DNA from: the human T2T-CHM13v2.0 reference genome, Homo sapiens
Assembly: GCF_009914755.1 (NCBI RefSeq)
Contig: NC_060925.1
DNA length: 64,000 bases
Reading direction: 5' to 3' (one strand)
Part shown: positions 28,408 to 40,074 of the stretch, piece by piece
Layout: every line of letters begins with the position of its first letter
Numbering within the stretch: position 1 is the first letter of the stretch
Position numbers and translations under genes: made by a program
Notes under the pieces: model-generated
Database searches by the model: none
The model's input: the letters and a program-made list of their open reading frames with translations, nothing else
What the model was told of the DNA's origin: nothing

Positions 28408-28606
28408 GCAGCATACCTCAAAGTGTGAGTTCCCAAAGCACTGACATCAGAACCACCTAAGAGGCTTCCTAAAAATGAGACTCTTGGTCTCCACTCTGAC
28501 TCTCATATCCTGCATCAGAACTTCCCCCAACGGGGCCTGAAAGATCTGCGATTTGATCAAGCCCACCAGATGATTCTAATGCCCACTAAGCTTTCATAAC
28601 TACTCT
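28408..28606. mobile_element. MER5A (hAT-Charlie)
   Basis: ctcaaagtgtg...catcagaaccaccta...aagcccaccagatgattctaatgcccactaag. Confidence 0.7.
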
Positions 28607-29269
28607 CCTAGAAGGGCTCATGTTCTGAGAAACACTTTGGGAAATGCTGCTGTGGGCTGAATAAATTTATCTTTAATTTCCATGAATTGCTATTTTAAAA
28701 TGGATATAGATGCTGTAATAAACAAAATACAAATTTACTTGAACTGTTGCCAAATCCACAGTTGTTTTTGTTAAACATTAATGTTCTTGATGGTGGTGGC
28801 AGGGGTGGGGTTGGGTACTAAAAATACAATTATCCTCCTGCATGGGGTCAGTGGAGCGTTTTGAAATTAACAAGGGGCTTTCAGGTCCCAGAATGTTGGC
28901 CTAGAGCATGCAGAAAAGACCTAACACAGAGGTTCTTGTCTGAGTTCTGTGCAGCCTGGGGATCTTAGGGGCACCTCAGAGACCATGGAGAGGGAAAGGA
29001 TTTCTGACTATTTTGTTTCAACTGCAGCAGTTTTATTATGCTCCGTGCAAATTTTGTTTGGAGTCAGGGTTTAGCTGCTTTAGAAGGAAAAATAAAAAGT
29101 TTGAATTGACCACTGATGCAATTCCTTCAATTGTCAGAGGTGGGAGATGTGACCCAGAGAGGGAAAGACACTTCTTTATGGTCACCCAGTGGTCACCCAG
29201 AGGGCCAGTGGCAGGGCCAGGACAAGTTGGCCAGCAGTTGGCCCCAGATTGCTGGGATGAGTGTCGGGG

Positions 29270-29720
29270 CTGTTAACATGCGGCCCACGGCCAGCGCGGC
29301 CAAAGTCAGCTGTAAGTCAGAGCCGGCCGGGAAGCAGTCCGAGGAGAGCCCACGGCTTCCTCCTTGGGGCTCACCTCCCTCCCTGGCCTCGCCGTTCCTC
29401 TCCCCGTTGCCTTTTCTGAGCACCTAAGCATATGTATGAAGCGGAAATCAAACGCCTGCCTTGGACTTGACAGAACTGCTGAACTAAGAGCCATATAATG
29501 TCCTCTACTGAAGGACATCACCTTGTCAAGATAAAGCGTGGTAAACGCTCCACAGGAAGCCGGGCTTCCAGGGCGGGATCATGCATATTCATGGCGGCTC
29601 AGGCCTGCCCACTGCACCACCCCCAGGCTCCCCACCGGCCCGCTGCCCAGCCTGGGGAGCCCTGGGCAGAACGCTTGATCCGGAGCCGGACTGGGTTTTC
29701 CCACTGCTTCCCCGTCGCTG
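29270..29720. promoter_or_regulatory. Small CpG-retaining segment (weak CpG island / enhancer-like)
   Basis: Local CpG density is clearly above the flanks. MORE-type POU site ATGCATATTCAT at 29581-29592; also GGGCGG, AGATAA and CAAAGTCA. Confidence 0.5.
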
Positions 29721-29859
29721 GGAACAGGCCCTGGTGGAGGCTTGTGTCCTGCCTTTATTGATTTCAAGCCCAAGTTTCCCTTCACCACCCTCCAGCTGGC
29801 TTTATGCCGCCCTCTCCAGCTTTGGGGACCCAGCAAACACACCCAGAAGACCCCTAATC

Positions 29860-30278
29860 ATGGCGTTCAAGGCTCTTTGTGAGCCAGCCCTCACCTGTGG
29901 TCAATAGCATCCCCCTGGACTCTGCCACGAACCACCGGGAGCTTATTGTTTTATCTTGGCTTTCACCTCTAGACCCTTTTGCACTCCTGTGCTGTTGCTC
30001 AGCCAGCCCCCTGCCTGGGATCCCCTTTCCCCTTCTCTGTGTGGGGAACCTCCACTATCCTTTTAAAGTCCAGCTCGAACACCACCCCTCCCTGAAGCAT
30101 TCCTTAGCCCCTTCATCCTCTTGGCAACCAGACACCATCCTCCAGCCTCATGCCCTTTAATTGCTCATTTATGTGTCTCTTTCCCTGCTCTCCACTGAGA
30201 GCTCCTTGAGGTCAGGGCAGCATCCCCAGCCCCCAGCCCAGGGCCTGGCTTGGAGTGGGACCCGTAAGGGTGAGCTGA
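29860..30278 (+). mobile_element. L2 3' fragment
   Basis: tggcgttcaaggctct...ctgcctgggatcccc...gagctccttgagggtcaggg-like ending. Confidence 0.6.
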
Positions 30279-30300
30279 TGTCCTGATTACTATTCCTGTG

Positions 30301-30694
30301 TGTATCTGTCTGCTCAGGCTGCAGTAACACAGTACAACATACTGGTGGCTTAAACAACATCAATCTATTTCTCACAGTTCTGGAGGCTGGAAGTCGGAGA
30401 TGGAGGTGTTGGCAGGGTTGGTTCCTTCTCAGGCCTCTGTCCTTGGCTTGTAGATGGCCACCTTCTCCCTGTGTCTCACAGGGTCTTCCCTCTGGATGTG
30501 TCTGTATCCAAATTTCCTCTTCTTTTGGGGATACCAGTCATGTTAGATTAGGTCCCACTCATACGACCTCATTTTACTTTAAGCACCTCTTTAAAGGCTC
30601 TATCTCCAAACACAGTCACCTTCTGAGGTATCGGGGGTCAGGACTTCAACATATAAATTTGAGGAGGGGGCATAACTCAGTGTCACACATAACA
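30301..30694 (-). mobile_element. MLT1A0-like MaLR LTR
   Basis: ctcacagttctggaggctggaagtc...ctccaaacacagtcaccttctgaggta. TSD-like ctgtg / ctggg. Confidence 0.85.
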
Positions 30695-31099
30695 CTGGGT
30701 AACGAGATTACCCCTCTCCCCCAATTTAGCAGGTTTTATCATGCAGGAGGTTTTATAATTCACATGAATTCTGTGGGTCGGGACATTGCAGGGATGTCTT
30801 GGCTCTGCCCCACGATGTCTGGAGCATCAGCTGGGAACATTCAAAGGCTGGGGCTGGAGTCCTCTGAAGGCTCATTTGCTCACAAGTCTCACATGTGGGC
30901 TGGGATGACACAGAGACTAGATTGCAGTTGAAATGCTTTTCCACGTGGCTTCACTTCCTCACAGCATGGTGGCCTCAGGGTAGCTGGGCTTCTTACTCAG
31001 TGGCTCAGGGCTCCACGAGCAAATGTTCTAGTGAACAAAGCAGGGCTGCATGAACTTAGTGACAGCATCTCTGTCATTCTCTGTTGGGTGAAGCCTTCC

Positions 31100-32291
31100 A
31101 GCTGTCTTTGTGCTGCTATAACAAAATGCCATAGACTGGGTCATTTAGAAAGAGCAGAAATTTATTTCTCACAGTTCTGGAGGCTGGGAAGTCCAAAATC
31201 AAGGTGCCAGTAGATTCCTTGTCTGGTGAGGATCCTATCTCTGCTTTCAAGATGTTGTCTTTTTTTAAACATTTTAATTTTTTGTGGGTGTATAGTAGCT
31301 GTATATATTTATGGGGTACATGAAATGTTTTGATACAGGAATGTAGCATGTAATAATCACATCATGGAAAATTGGGTAAGCATCCCCTCAAGCATTTATC
31401 CTTTGGTGTTACAAGCAATCCAATTATACTATTTTCATTACTTTAAACAGTATAATTAATTTATTATTGACTATAATCCCCCTGTTGTACTATCGAATAC
31501 TAGGTCTTATTCATTCTTTTTATTTTTATTTTTTTAAACCCATTAGCCATCCCATCTGTCCTCTCACTACCCTTCCTAGCCTCTGGTAATCATCTTTCTA
31601 TTCCCTATCTGCATGAGCTCAATTGTTTTGATTTTTCAATCCCACAGATAGGTTATAACATGCAGTGTGTGTCTTTCTGTGCCTGGCTTATTTCACTTAA
31701 CATAATGACCTCCAGTTTCATCCATGTTGTTGCAGATGACAGAATCTCATTCTTTTTTTGTGGGTGAATAGTACTCCATTGTGTGTAAGTACTACATTTT
31801 CTTTATCCATTGATCTGTTGATAGGCATTTAGGTTGCTTCAAATCTTGACTATTCTGAACAATGCTGCAACATGGGAGTGCAGATATCTCTTCAATATAC
31901 TGATTTCCTTTCTTTGGGGTATATACCCAGCAGTGGGATTGCTGGGTCATATGGAGCTCTAGTTTCAGTTTTTTGAAGAACCTCCAAACTGTTCTCCATA
32001 GTGGTTACACTAATTTACATTCCCACCAACAGTGTACAAGGGTTCCCTTTTCTCCACACCAAGATGGTGTCTTGAATGCCATATGCTCCAGAGGGAAGGA
32101 ACACTGTATCCTCATATGGAGGAAGGCCAAAGGGCAAAAGGAACAAACTCCCCACTTTGAGCCCTTTAATAAGGGCACCTAATCACGTGGGAGAAAACTT
32201 CACAGCTTAAACATCTTTTAAAGGTCCCCCTCTCAATACTGTCACATTGGCAACACCTGAATTTTGGAGGTGACTCATTCAAACCATAGCA
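31100..32291 (-). mobile_element. MST (MSTC-like) MaLR LTR, split by L1
   Basis: gctgctataacaaaatgccatagactggg...caagatg | ...gtatcctcatatggaggaagg...cattcaaaccatagca. Confidence 0.8.
31261..32059 (-). mobile_element. L1MA (MA2/3-like) 3' end
   Basis: tttatggggtacatgaaatgttttgatacagg...agggttcccttttctccaca. TSD caagatgttgtctt / caagatggtgtctt. Confidence 0.9.
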
Positions 32292-32354
32292 CAAGCCCAC
32301 AGAGATTCAAGAGGAAGGGAATTAGGCTCCATCCACTTTGTGCGCGAGTGCGCG

Positions 32355-32356
<2 letters not shown>

Positions 32357-32397
<41 letters not shown>
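32357..32397. repeat. (TG)20 microsatellite preceded by a CG-alternating stretch
   Basis: Direct reading. Confidence 0.97.
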
Positions 32398-32400
<3 letters not shown>

Positions 32401-32562
32401 ACATGCACACACCACTATGTCCAGCTAATTTTTGTATTTTTTTGTGCAGATGGGATCTCACTATGTTGCTCAGGCTATGCTCAAACTGCTGGGCTGAAGC
32501 AATCCTCCCACCACAGCCTCCTAAAGCTCTGGGATTACAGATGTGAGCCACTGTGCCTGCCC
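32398..32562 (-). mobile_element. Partial AluJ (left arm plus start of right arm)
   Basis: ccagctaatttttgtattttt...gggattacagatgtgagccactgtgcc. Confidence 0.88.
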
Positions 32563-33189
32563 TCCCTCCACATTTTGACAAAAGAGTAACAAGGTCATAT
32601 TGGAGAAGAGCATGTGGGAGGTGAGACATGGTTGTGGCCATCTTTTTTGGGGAAATGCAATCTGCTATGATTGAGTTAAATAGAATTCAAAGGGACACCT
32701 TACAGTCATTACTATCAGACATGTTGGAATTGGCTGCAGTCAGGGAAAAACAATTTAGTTTCTCTTCTTTTCCTTGGAACACTATTTGGCATATATGCAT
32801 ATTTTGGGGCTCAGTGTCTTTCATCGTTATGTTTATGGTTATAATGACCACATCTCTCACCCATTAGCTGTGTGGCTTTTGAGGTCAGTAAGCTATTCTT
32901 CCCAGAGTGCTTGACATAGGGCCTGCGGCATGGTAAATACCCACAGTTTTTGAGTTTCCTGTGGGTTGAGCATTTAGAATCATCTGTTTGTTTAATCAGG
33001 ACATATTTCTCCAGTACCTTCAGGGGTCCCAGTACTATGTTTAGGAACTTAGCCATCACTTGCACAGTAAACAGTATCTGTGGATTTTGTCATTCAACAA
33101 ACACTGCCATTGTTCAGTCACTCAACAAACGCTGTTACGGCATCCACCCTGGGGAAAGAAGGGTCTCTTGGCAGAGGGGGCCGCTCTCC

Positions 33190-33620
33190 AGCTAATGCTG
33201 TGCTAAAGATGCATGGGGCAGAATTCTAATAGCATCGTGTGTTTCATTTTGCCCATTACAACGCCATTCTATTTTAAAGCTTGTCTTTCTAACTCTCCTA
33301 TTTTTCTTCTAGACTGTGCTCCTGCTATATGGCTCCAGTTTCTCTAACCATTAGGAAGGTATTATAGTTACTGGAGAGTCATCTATCATTTTATGAGCCT
33401 CTTTCAAGGGAGGAAATAACAGGTTGTTTCAAGTGCGAGGCGATGGCTCACAAAGCCCTGCGGAACAGGCGTCCCGCTCCCAGGGGATCAGCCAAGCGGC
33501 GTTTATCTTTGACACAATAAGCAAAAGATCAGAAATGATTACAACAAATGGCCGAGTAAACAATCCATCCACAACAAAGGGCAGCTACCCAAAATGCCGG
33601 AAATTGAATCCACACACAGC
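33190..33620. promoter_or_regulatory. Candidate enhancer island
   Basis: Repeat-free and CpG-retaining, with GTAAACA 33556, AACAAT/AACAAAG (SOX), CCGGAA 33597 and TTATC. Confidence 0.4.
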
Positions 33621-33789
33621 AGCCAATTCCAGGCTGTGGCCTCAATGGCTCCATCACACATCTAGGGATGCAGGCACTGGGAGACAGCAGGGCTGCAGCC
33701 TCCCCTAAATGTTTTGGCTTTCCGATGCCCAAATCAGAATGCCCTTCAAGGGATTTCCTTACTGTGGCTCAAAAAGTCCATGATCCTTA

Positions 33790-34235
33790 GGACTTTGTCT
33801 ATTTTACCCACTGCTTTAGCCCCGTTGCCTAGAACAATGGCATATACCAGACATGTGGTAAGTATCTGCTGATAGAGGGAAAGAATGCATGAATGATTGG
33901 GCTGGCCCCTGCCTGCCTCTCCAGTTTCATCTCATGCTTCCCCTTCCTCATAGTTTTCACTGGACTTCTTTCAGTTCTAGAATACAACATCTTTGTTTCT
34001 TCCAGGTCTCCTTTGCACACTCTGTCTCCTCTGGTTGGAACACTCTCTTCCACCTCTTCCTGATTAACTCCATGCACTCTTTAGGTCTTAGCTCAGGTGC
34101 ACCTTCTTCCAAGAAGCCTTCCCTGACCACACTCCCTCTCCAGGCCCACCCACCCTAATGGCACTTTCTCTGGCACATTCCTTTTCATAGTTTCTTGTCT
34201 ATGGTCCCCACTAGGATATAAGCTCTGTTCACCAT
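33790..34235 (+). mobile_element. L2 3' fragments
   Basis: gcctagaacaatggcata...gaatgcatgaatga; ttcttccaagaagccttccctgacc. Confidence 0.7.
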
Positions 34236-34237
34236 TC

Positions 34238-34690
34238 TGTTCACTGCAGAGACAACAGCCAAACACCAAAGACTTGCACTCCTCTTCCACAGTGTAGAGC
34301 TGCCTCAGGGAAGCAGCTGCACAGCCAGGGACTGTGTTTCTCAACTTTGCTTGCATTCATGTGACTACCTTTTGCAGTGGAATGTGAGTGGAAGTGATAT
34401 GTGTCTCTTCTGGACCAAAGCAGTTAAGCAGGGGCATTCATCCTTCATACTTGATCTCTTCCTTCATTCTTCAACCTGATGCAAAGGGTCTAGTGAAGGA
34501 CTCTGAGAAAGCATTGATGAAAACCACTTAAATTCCAGAGGCATCACCCGGAGCTGAGCTCCTCAGGAGAGATGACCAAAGGGAACATCTGCATTGGATT
34601 TTGTGTAAGTATGAAGTAACCTCTGATTGCATTAAGCCACTGATAATTTGGGGATGCTTGTTACAGCAGCTAGCATTAATTGACTACTCT
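34238..34690 (+). mobile_element. MLT1 (I/J-like) LTR
   Basis: gtggaatgtgagtggaagtgatatgtgtctcttctgg...ttaagccactgataatttgggg...ttgttacagcagc. Confidence 0.7.
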
Positions 34691-35074
34691 ACTGTTTTAT
34701 TTCAACAAGTATTTGTGAATAGGAGAGTTTCCTGGCCACACAAGCCTCATACCGTGTCTGTACAGCACCCGGGCCCAGCACTTCTTAGGAGCTCGCGGTC
34801 TGGCAGCAGAGAGTAATTTGGGAATCAGTTCACATCATTGTTAAAAGCATCAATTTGTTAGATTAGATGGACTGAGCCTTGTACCACTGGGAAACATAAA
34901 GATTCTTTGCTCATGGATAGAAATGGTATTATTCAACACAGAACATCTTAATTAAAATAGGCAAATAATGACCTTTGACAAAGCACACTAAATAGGGTTT
35001 AAGTGTTACTCTCTCTCTCAACCCCGGTTCCATTAAATCTTGTAGATGCCACCTCTAGCTTTCCCATTTGTCCC

Positions 35075-35548
35075 AGCAAGACAAGTCTCTGGGTGGCCTG
35101 GAACCAGCCCAGTTCTCCTTCCTTTCTCACTTATGGTTCTCAAGAATAACTGTAGAATGTGCTGAGAATGTAACATCCTGAGATGGGAAAGGATTGGCCA
35201 GAAGAGTCTGGGCTCTGTTCCAATCTCCCCCCTAGAAACAGGATGTTCTTCGGTGCTTTTGTCTGGTGACTCATATCTCCCTGGGGTATAAGACCCAGGG
35301 TGGGCTGCTTTCTGGGGCCTGTGGGCTGCGGTGCAAGTGGGGCACATGCAGTCAAGACTCCTTCCACGCTGGGCAGCTTTCTGAGCCTGGGGACCGGCTC
35401 CCAGTGAACCCTAGGCTTCGGTTGTCTCTTGCTACCTATCTGTAAGTCATAACCCTGCTTCATGTAACCTGTCATATGTGTGGTTGCTCTATGTCACTGG
35501 ATTCAGATAAGTAAGTGGGTAACCAGTGAACACTGAACCTACTTCACA
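35075..35548 (+). mobile_element. Solo ERV LTR (LTR47-like)
   Basis: gttctcaagaataactgtagaatgtgctgagaatgtaacatcctgag; TATA-like ggggtataagaccc; ends ttcaca. TSD-like gtccc / gcccc. Confidence 0.7.
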
Positions 35549-36049
35549 GCCCCATTTCCTTCTCCCCAACCCCTCAGTTCAGTCTTTGTTGCCTCCCACC
35601 AGATCCACCCAAGAACTCTGGGCTGGTTTACTCCCCTCCATGTTCACATCTGGCCAACACTCACTTTTACCGGTGTTCCCCGTAACCTGCATCACAGCTA
35701 TAAGGTTGTTCTAAAACCCAGAACTGGCCTCATTGTCACCTGTTGCCTTCTGGGGAAGTCCACACTCCTTACCTAAGATTCAAAGTGCTTCAAGGTATGA
35801 CTCTTGCTTTTCCCTCTCACCTCAAATCCTTCATTCACATAATGTCTCAGAGACTCTAAGCCCCACCTGCCCCATTTGTACCCTGAGAATTTCCGCATCC
35901 AAGACTTTGTTCATACATTTCCTCCTATCAACACATGGCCAGGCTTCAAGGCTCCACCCAAATGCCAACTTTTCCAGGGAGCCTACCCTGATTGTCCTCC
36001 CCTGAATTCCCACAGCCCCTTATCTGTGCCTCTCTTAGCACCTCTTTTA

Positions 36050-36510
36050 ACCTAGGTGTCCCTGAAAGCAGCACCCAAGGCTTGTATGTCTTTATTTGGA
36101 AAGTGGTGCCAGGGAGCAAGTGTGAGGATGTAAGGGGATGAGGCAGAGAAGGAGGATAGCCGATACAAGGACAGGGTACCCAGCTGGCCACCATTCCAGG
36201 CCTTAAGAAGTGAGCCTTAGGATTGTTTGCCTTGGGGAATGAAAGGTGACCCCACAGATGTTACCTACCTCCCCTTCCACCTTGCACAAGTGCCTTCCCA
36301 GTGGGTTCTGTCTGAAACTCTCCCTGGGACTTCCGAGAATCCTCAGGCAGAAAGTAAGAGGCATGTGTCATGACCTCAGACGTGGCTCTGTCAGGTTGCG
36401 CCTGCAAGAGGCTGACCAAGGCCTGTGCAGAGCCCGTCACTCAGTGGTGGCTGGAGGGACAGGGATTTTGAAATGTTTTAAAGTGGCCTGTAAGAGGTGT
36501 CCCACATCTG
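36050..36510. mobile_element. Old ERVL LTR (LTR33-like) within L2 remnants
   Basis: ggtgtccctgaaagcag...tttatttggaaagtggtgccagggagca. Confidence 0.5.
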
Positions 36511-36839
36511 GCCCAGCTCCTAGTCTACCTGCTATTGCAGTCTTGGGGTATATCTTGTTTTCTTTGTCTCATTCAAGGAATCTTTGAAGGCAGGAATTAT
36601 ATTTCATCCCCATATCCAGCATGAGTCCTACTACATAGTGGGGTTCAAATATGCTGAATGAATTTCATTCAAATGTTTGTTTTTATTGTTTTATAATATT
36701 CAAATATTTGTTTTTTTGTTTTTATCTGTAGACAAAATATACATATATAACTTGCCCAAAGGAAATCTTCCTTCAATGTGAATTACAAAAGAATGGAAGC
36801 AGGCTAGCTATATCCAGAGAAAAATCTTGATCAAAACAA

Positions 36840-37100
36840 TAATAATAACAGCTAATAGTTACATGGTTCTTAATACGTGCCAGGTGGTTTAAATGCTCTC
36901 TATATGCACTTATATGACCCTTACAGCAGCCAAATAAAGTATTATCATTATTATTCCCATTTTACAAATGGAGAAATGGAGGCAGGGAGGGTTTAAACAA
37001 CTTGCTCAAGGTCCCATGGTTGTGAGTGGTGGAGCTGGGATTTGGCCTGGGTGATGTTCTGACCCCTGTGTCTGGACACCTGTACACCCACCCATTACAT
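36840..37100 (-). mobile_element. MIR
   Basis: aataataacagctaa...attattcccattttacaaatggagaaatggaggcag...caacttgctcaaggtc. Confidence 0.88.
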
Positions 37101-37529
37101 AGCCTGGCAGGGCATTGCCCAGGACAGGTAGGGCCACTGCCTGGGGTATTCTTACCACTCAGATCCTGGAAGCTGGTAGGGGCAGAGGATTTGCTTAAAG
37201 TTAATTTTTGCTAAGGTTTCTGACAAAAAGTCTGCAAATGCATGTTACATTCTTATTAGCTCCTGTCTCTGCCCATAGAGGAGGAACGAAATATGGGATT
37301 CTATCTTCTAAGTGTTTCTCCCTCTTCTTGCAAACAAAAAGGAGAAGAGCATGCTGATTTGAATAATAAACAAAGAGTATTTATAAAAGAAAAAATACAA
37401 ATAATCATAAGGAATAAACAAATTTTTCTTTACTTATAAACAAAAGAACAAATTAAAACATTAATATCCCTCCCCCATCCCCCTTACTTCCTTATTGTGT
37501 GTTTATGGTTGGGTGGGTCAGGACCCTGG

Positions 37530-37890
37530 GGAAGAGGTTCTCCCATTCACTGCTGGTAAGTCCTTCGAGTGGTAATTTGGCAATATGTATCAGAAGCCTT
37601 AAGAGTTCGCACATGCTTTGATCCAGCAGTTCCTTCTGGAACAGATCCTAAAGAAACAGAGATGTATGCAGAAATTTAATTATAAGTGTATTTACCAAAA
37701 CATTGTTGATGGTAGTGAAAAAGCAAAAGCAACTTAAATGTCTGACGATTGAGCTGGTTATATATCATAGTGGATTTCTAGGGCAGTCATTAAAAAATAA
37801 TGTTGTGGAATAATATTTAATGGCATGGAAAGATGTACATGATAAAGTATTAAGTGAGAAAAGCAGGTTACAAAACAGACGAATTACTGG
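37530..37890 (+). mobile_element. L1ME 3' fragment
   Basis: gtaatttggcaatatgtatc...ttaagtgagaaaagcaggttacaaaac. Confidence 0.7.
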
Positions 37891-37939
37891 GGGAGATAGA
37901 TAAGACACATGTATAAACAACTCAAACATAAGTTGGAGC

Positions 37940-38150
37940 CTAGCATAGTAGGAAGAAAAACACATACTCTGGGACCAGATTGTCCAGATTCAAACCCCAG
38001 CTCTGCTAAAAACTAGCTGTGTGAGCTTGGACAGGTGACTCAACTGCTCTGTGCCTTAGCCTTTCATCTGTAAAATGGAGATTCAGCTAGCGTCTATCTA
38101 GATAAATCAGCATATACAAAGTGCTCAGAAGTGCCTAATACATACAAAGC
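37940..38150 (+). mobile_element. MIR
   Basis: ttcaaaccccagctctgct...gctgtgtgagcttggacagg...catctgtaaaatggag. Confidence 0.85.
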
Positions 38151-38816
38151 AAGACGTGAGAGTTTGTTAAGGAAAAAATTTCACTTCTATCAGAAATATA
38201 AAGAATGGCTTGTGGAAAGAGGGTTCATTCTCTTGCAGGAGATGTGGGCCAGCCTCGGAGAGGCAGAAACCTGGGTCTTGAATGATGTGAAGGGCTTCTA
38301 TAGATGGAGAAGGGGCAGGTTGAAGGATTCCTTCCCCAGTGTTTCCCAGGAGGCCAGCTACAAGGCTTCCCCCAAGGGGACATTGAGGGAGCGCCTCTCC
38401 ACTGAGCCACACTGGGCCTGGGATGCATGTGGCTGCTGGGAAACGGTGAGCCTTAGCCTGGGGAGGTTGGCTCTCAGTCTCTTGGGCAGCTCCCCTCTGC
38501 TGCCCCGGCCAGGCCTTCTGTTTGTGTAGAGCCGTGCATTTCTACTTTTGCCGAATGGCACAGTCTTGCCAGGCAAGTTTTAAGACAGAAGGTTAAGCCT
38601 TGTTTTAAGAAATATGCATGCTTTTAAAGAGACGAATTTTATTTTTAAAAATTATGTTTTTATAGAAGGCCCTGCTGTGCCAAAGTTTTGGGAAAACATT
38701 AATCTTACAGACTTGTTGGATGTTAGAGACTTCAGTGACCATTCACATCATGTAATTGATTGATAGATGGAGAAATGAGGGCAAGAGACTGGAGAGTTTT
38801 ATCCAGGAGGTCATGA

Positions 38817-39450
<634 letters not shown>

Positions 39451-39489
39451 CTTTCATCATTTTTAAATTAATCACTTGATAATAAAACA

Positions 39490-40067
39490 CAGGAATCCTC
39501 CCTTATTGGCAATTCCACTTTCCAGGGTTTCCGTTACCCGAGGTCAACCACAGTCTGAAAATATTAAATGGAAAACTCAGAAATAAACAATTCCTAAGTT
39601 TAAATTGCATGCCATTCTGAGTAGTCGTCTTGCTTGATTCTGTCCCGGGCGGGAATCATCCCTTTGTATAGAGATCCGTGTGTACGTGCTATCTGCCCAT
39701 TAGTCAGTCAGTAGCTGTCTTGGTTTATCAGATTGACTGTGTATGGCAATGCTTGGGTTCAGGTAACCCTTATTTACTTAGTCATGGCCCCAAAGTGCAA
39801 GAGTAGTGATGTGGGCAATTTGAATATGCCAAAGAGAAGCCATAAAGTACTTCTTTAAGTGAAAAGTTGAAAGTTCTTGACTTAATAAGGAAAGAAAAAA
39901 AAATTGTATGCTGAGGTTGCTAAGATCCATAGTAAGGATGAATCTTCTATCTGTGAAATTGTGAAGAAAGAAAAAAATTGTGCATATTTTTGGGCTTCGG
40001 TGTTGTGGTTTCAGGCATCCACTGGGGGTCTTGGAATGTATCCCCCTTGGATAAGGCGGGATTACTG
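39490..40067. mobile_element. MER44 (Tigger7-derived DNA transposon)
   Basis: TIRs caggaatcctcccttatt / ggataaggcgggattactg; internal tgtatgctgaggttgctaagatc...gaatcttctatctgtgaaattgtgaagaa. Confidence 0.88.
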
Positions 40068-40074
40068 CATTTCA

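Larger units (their letters stand above)
30279..32667 (-). mobile_element. MLT1F-like MaLR LTR, host of nested insertions
   Basis: Pieces at 30279-30300, 30695-31095, 32292-32340 and 32562-32667 (ccacgatgtctggagcatcagctggg; gcatgtgggaggtgagacatggttgtggccatc). Confidence 0.7.
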
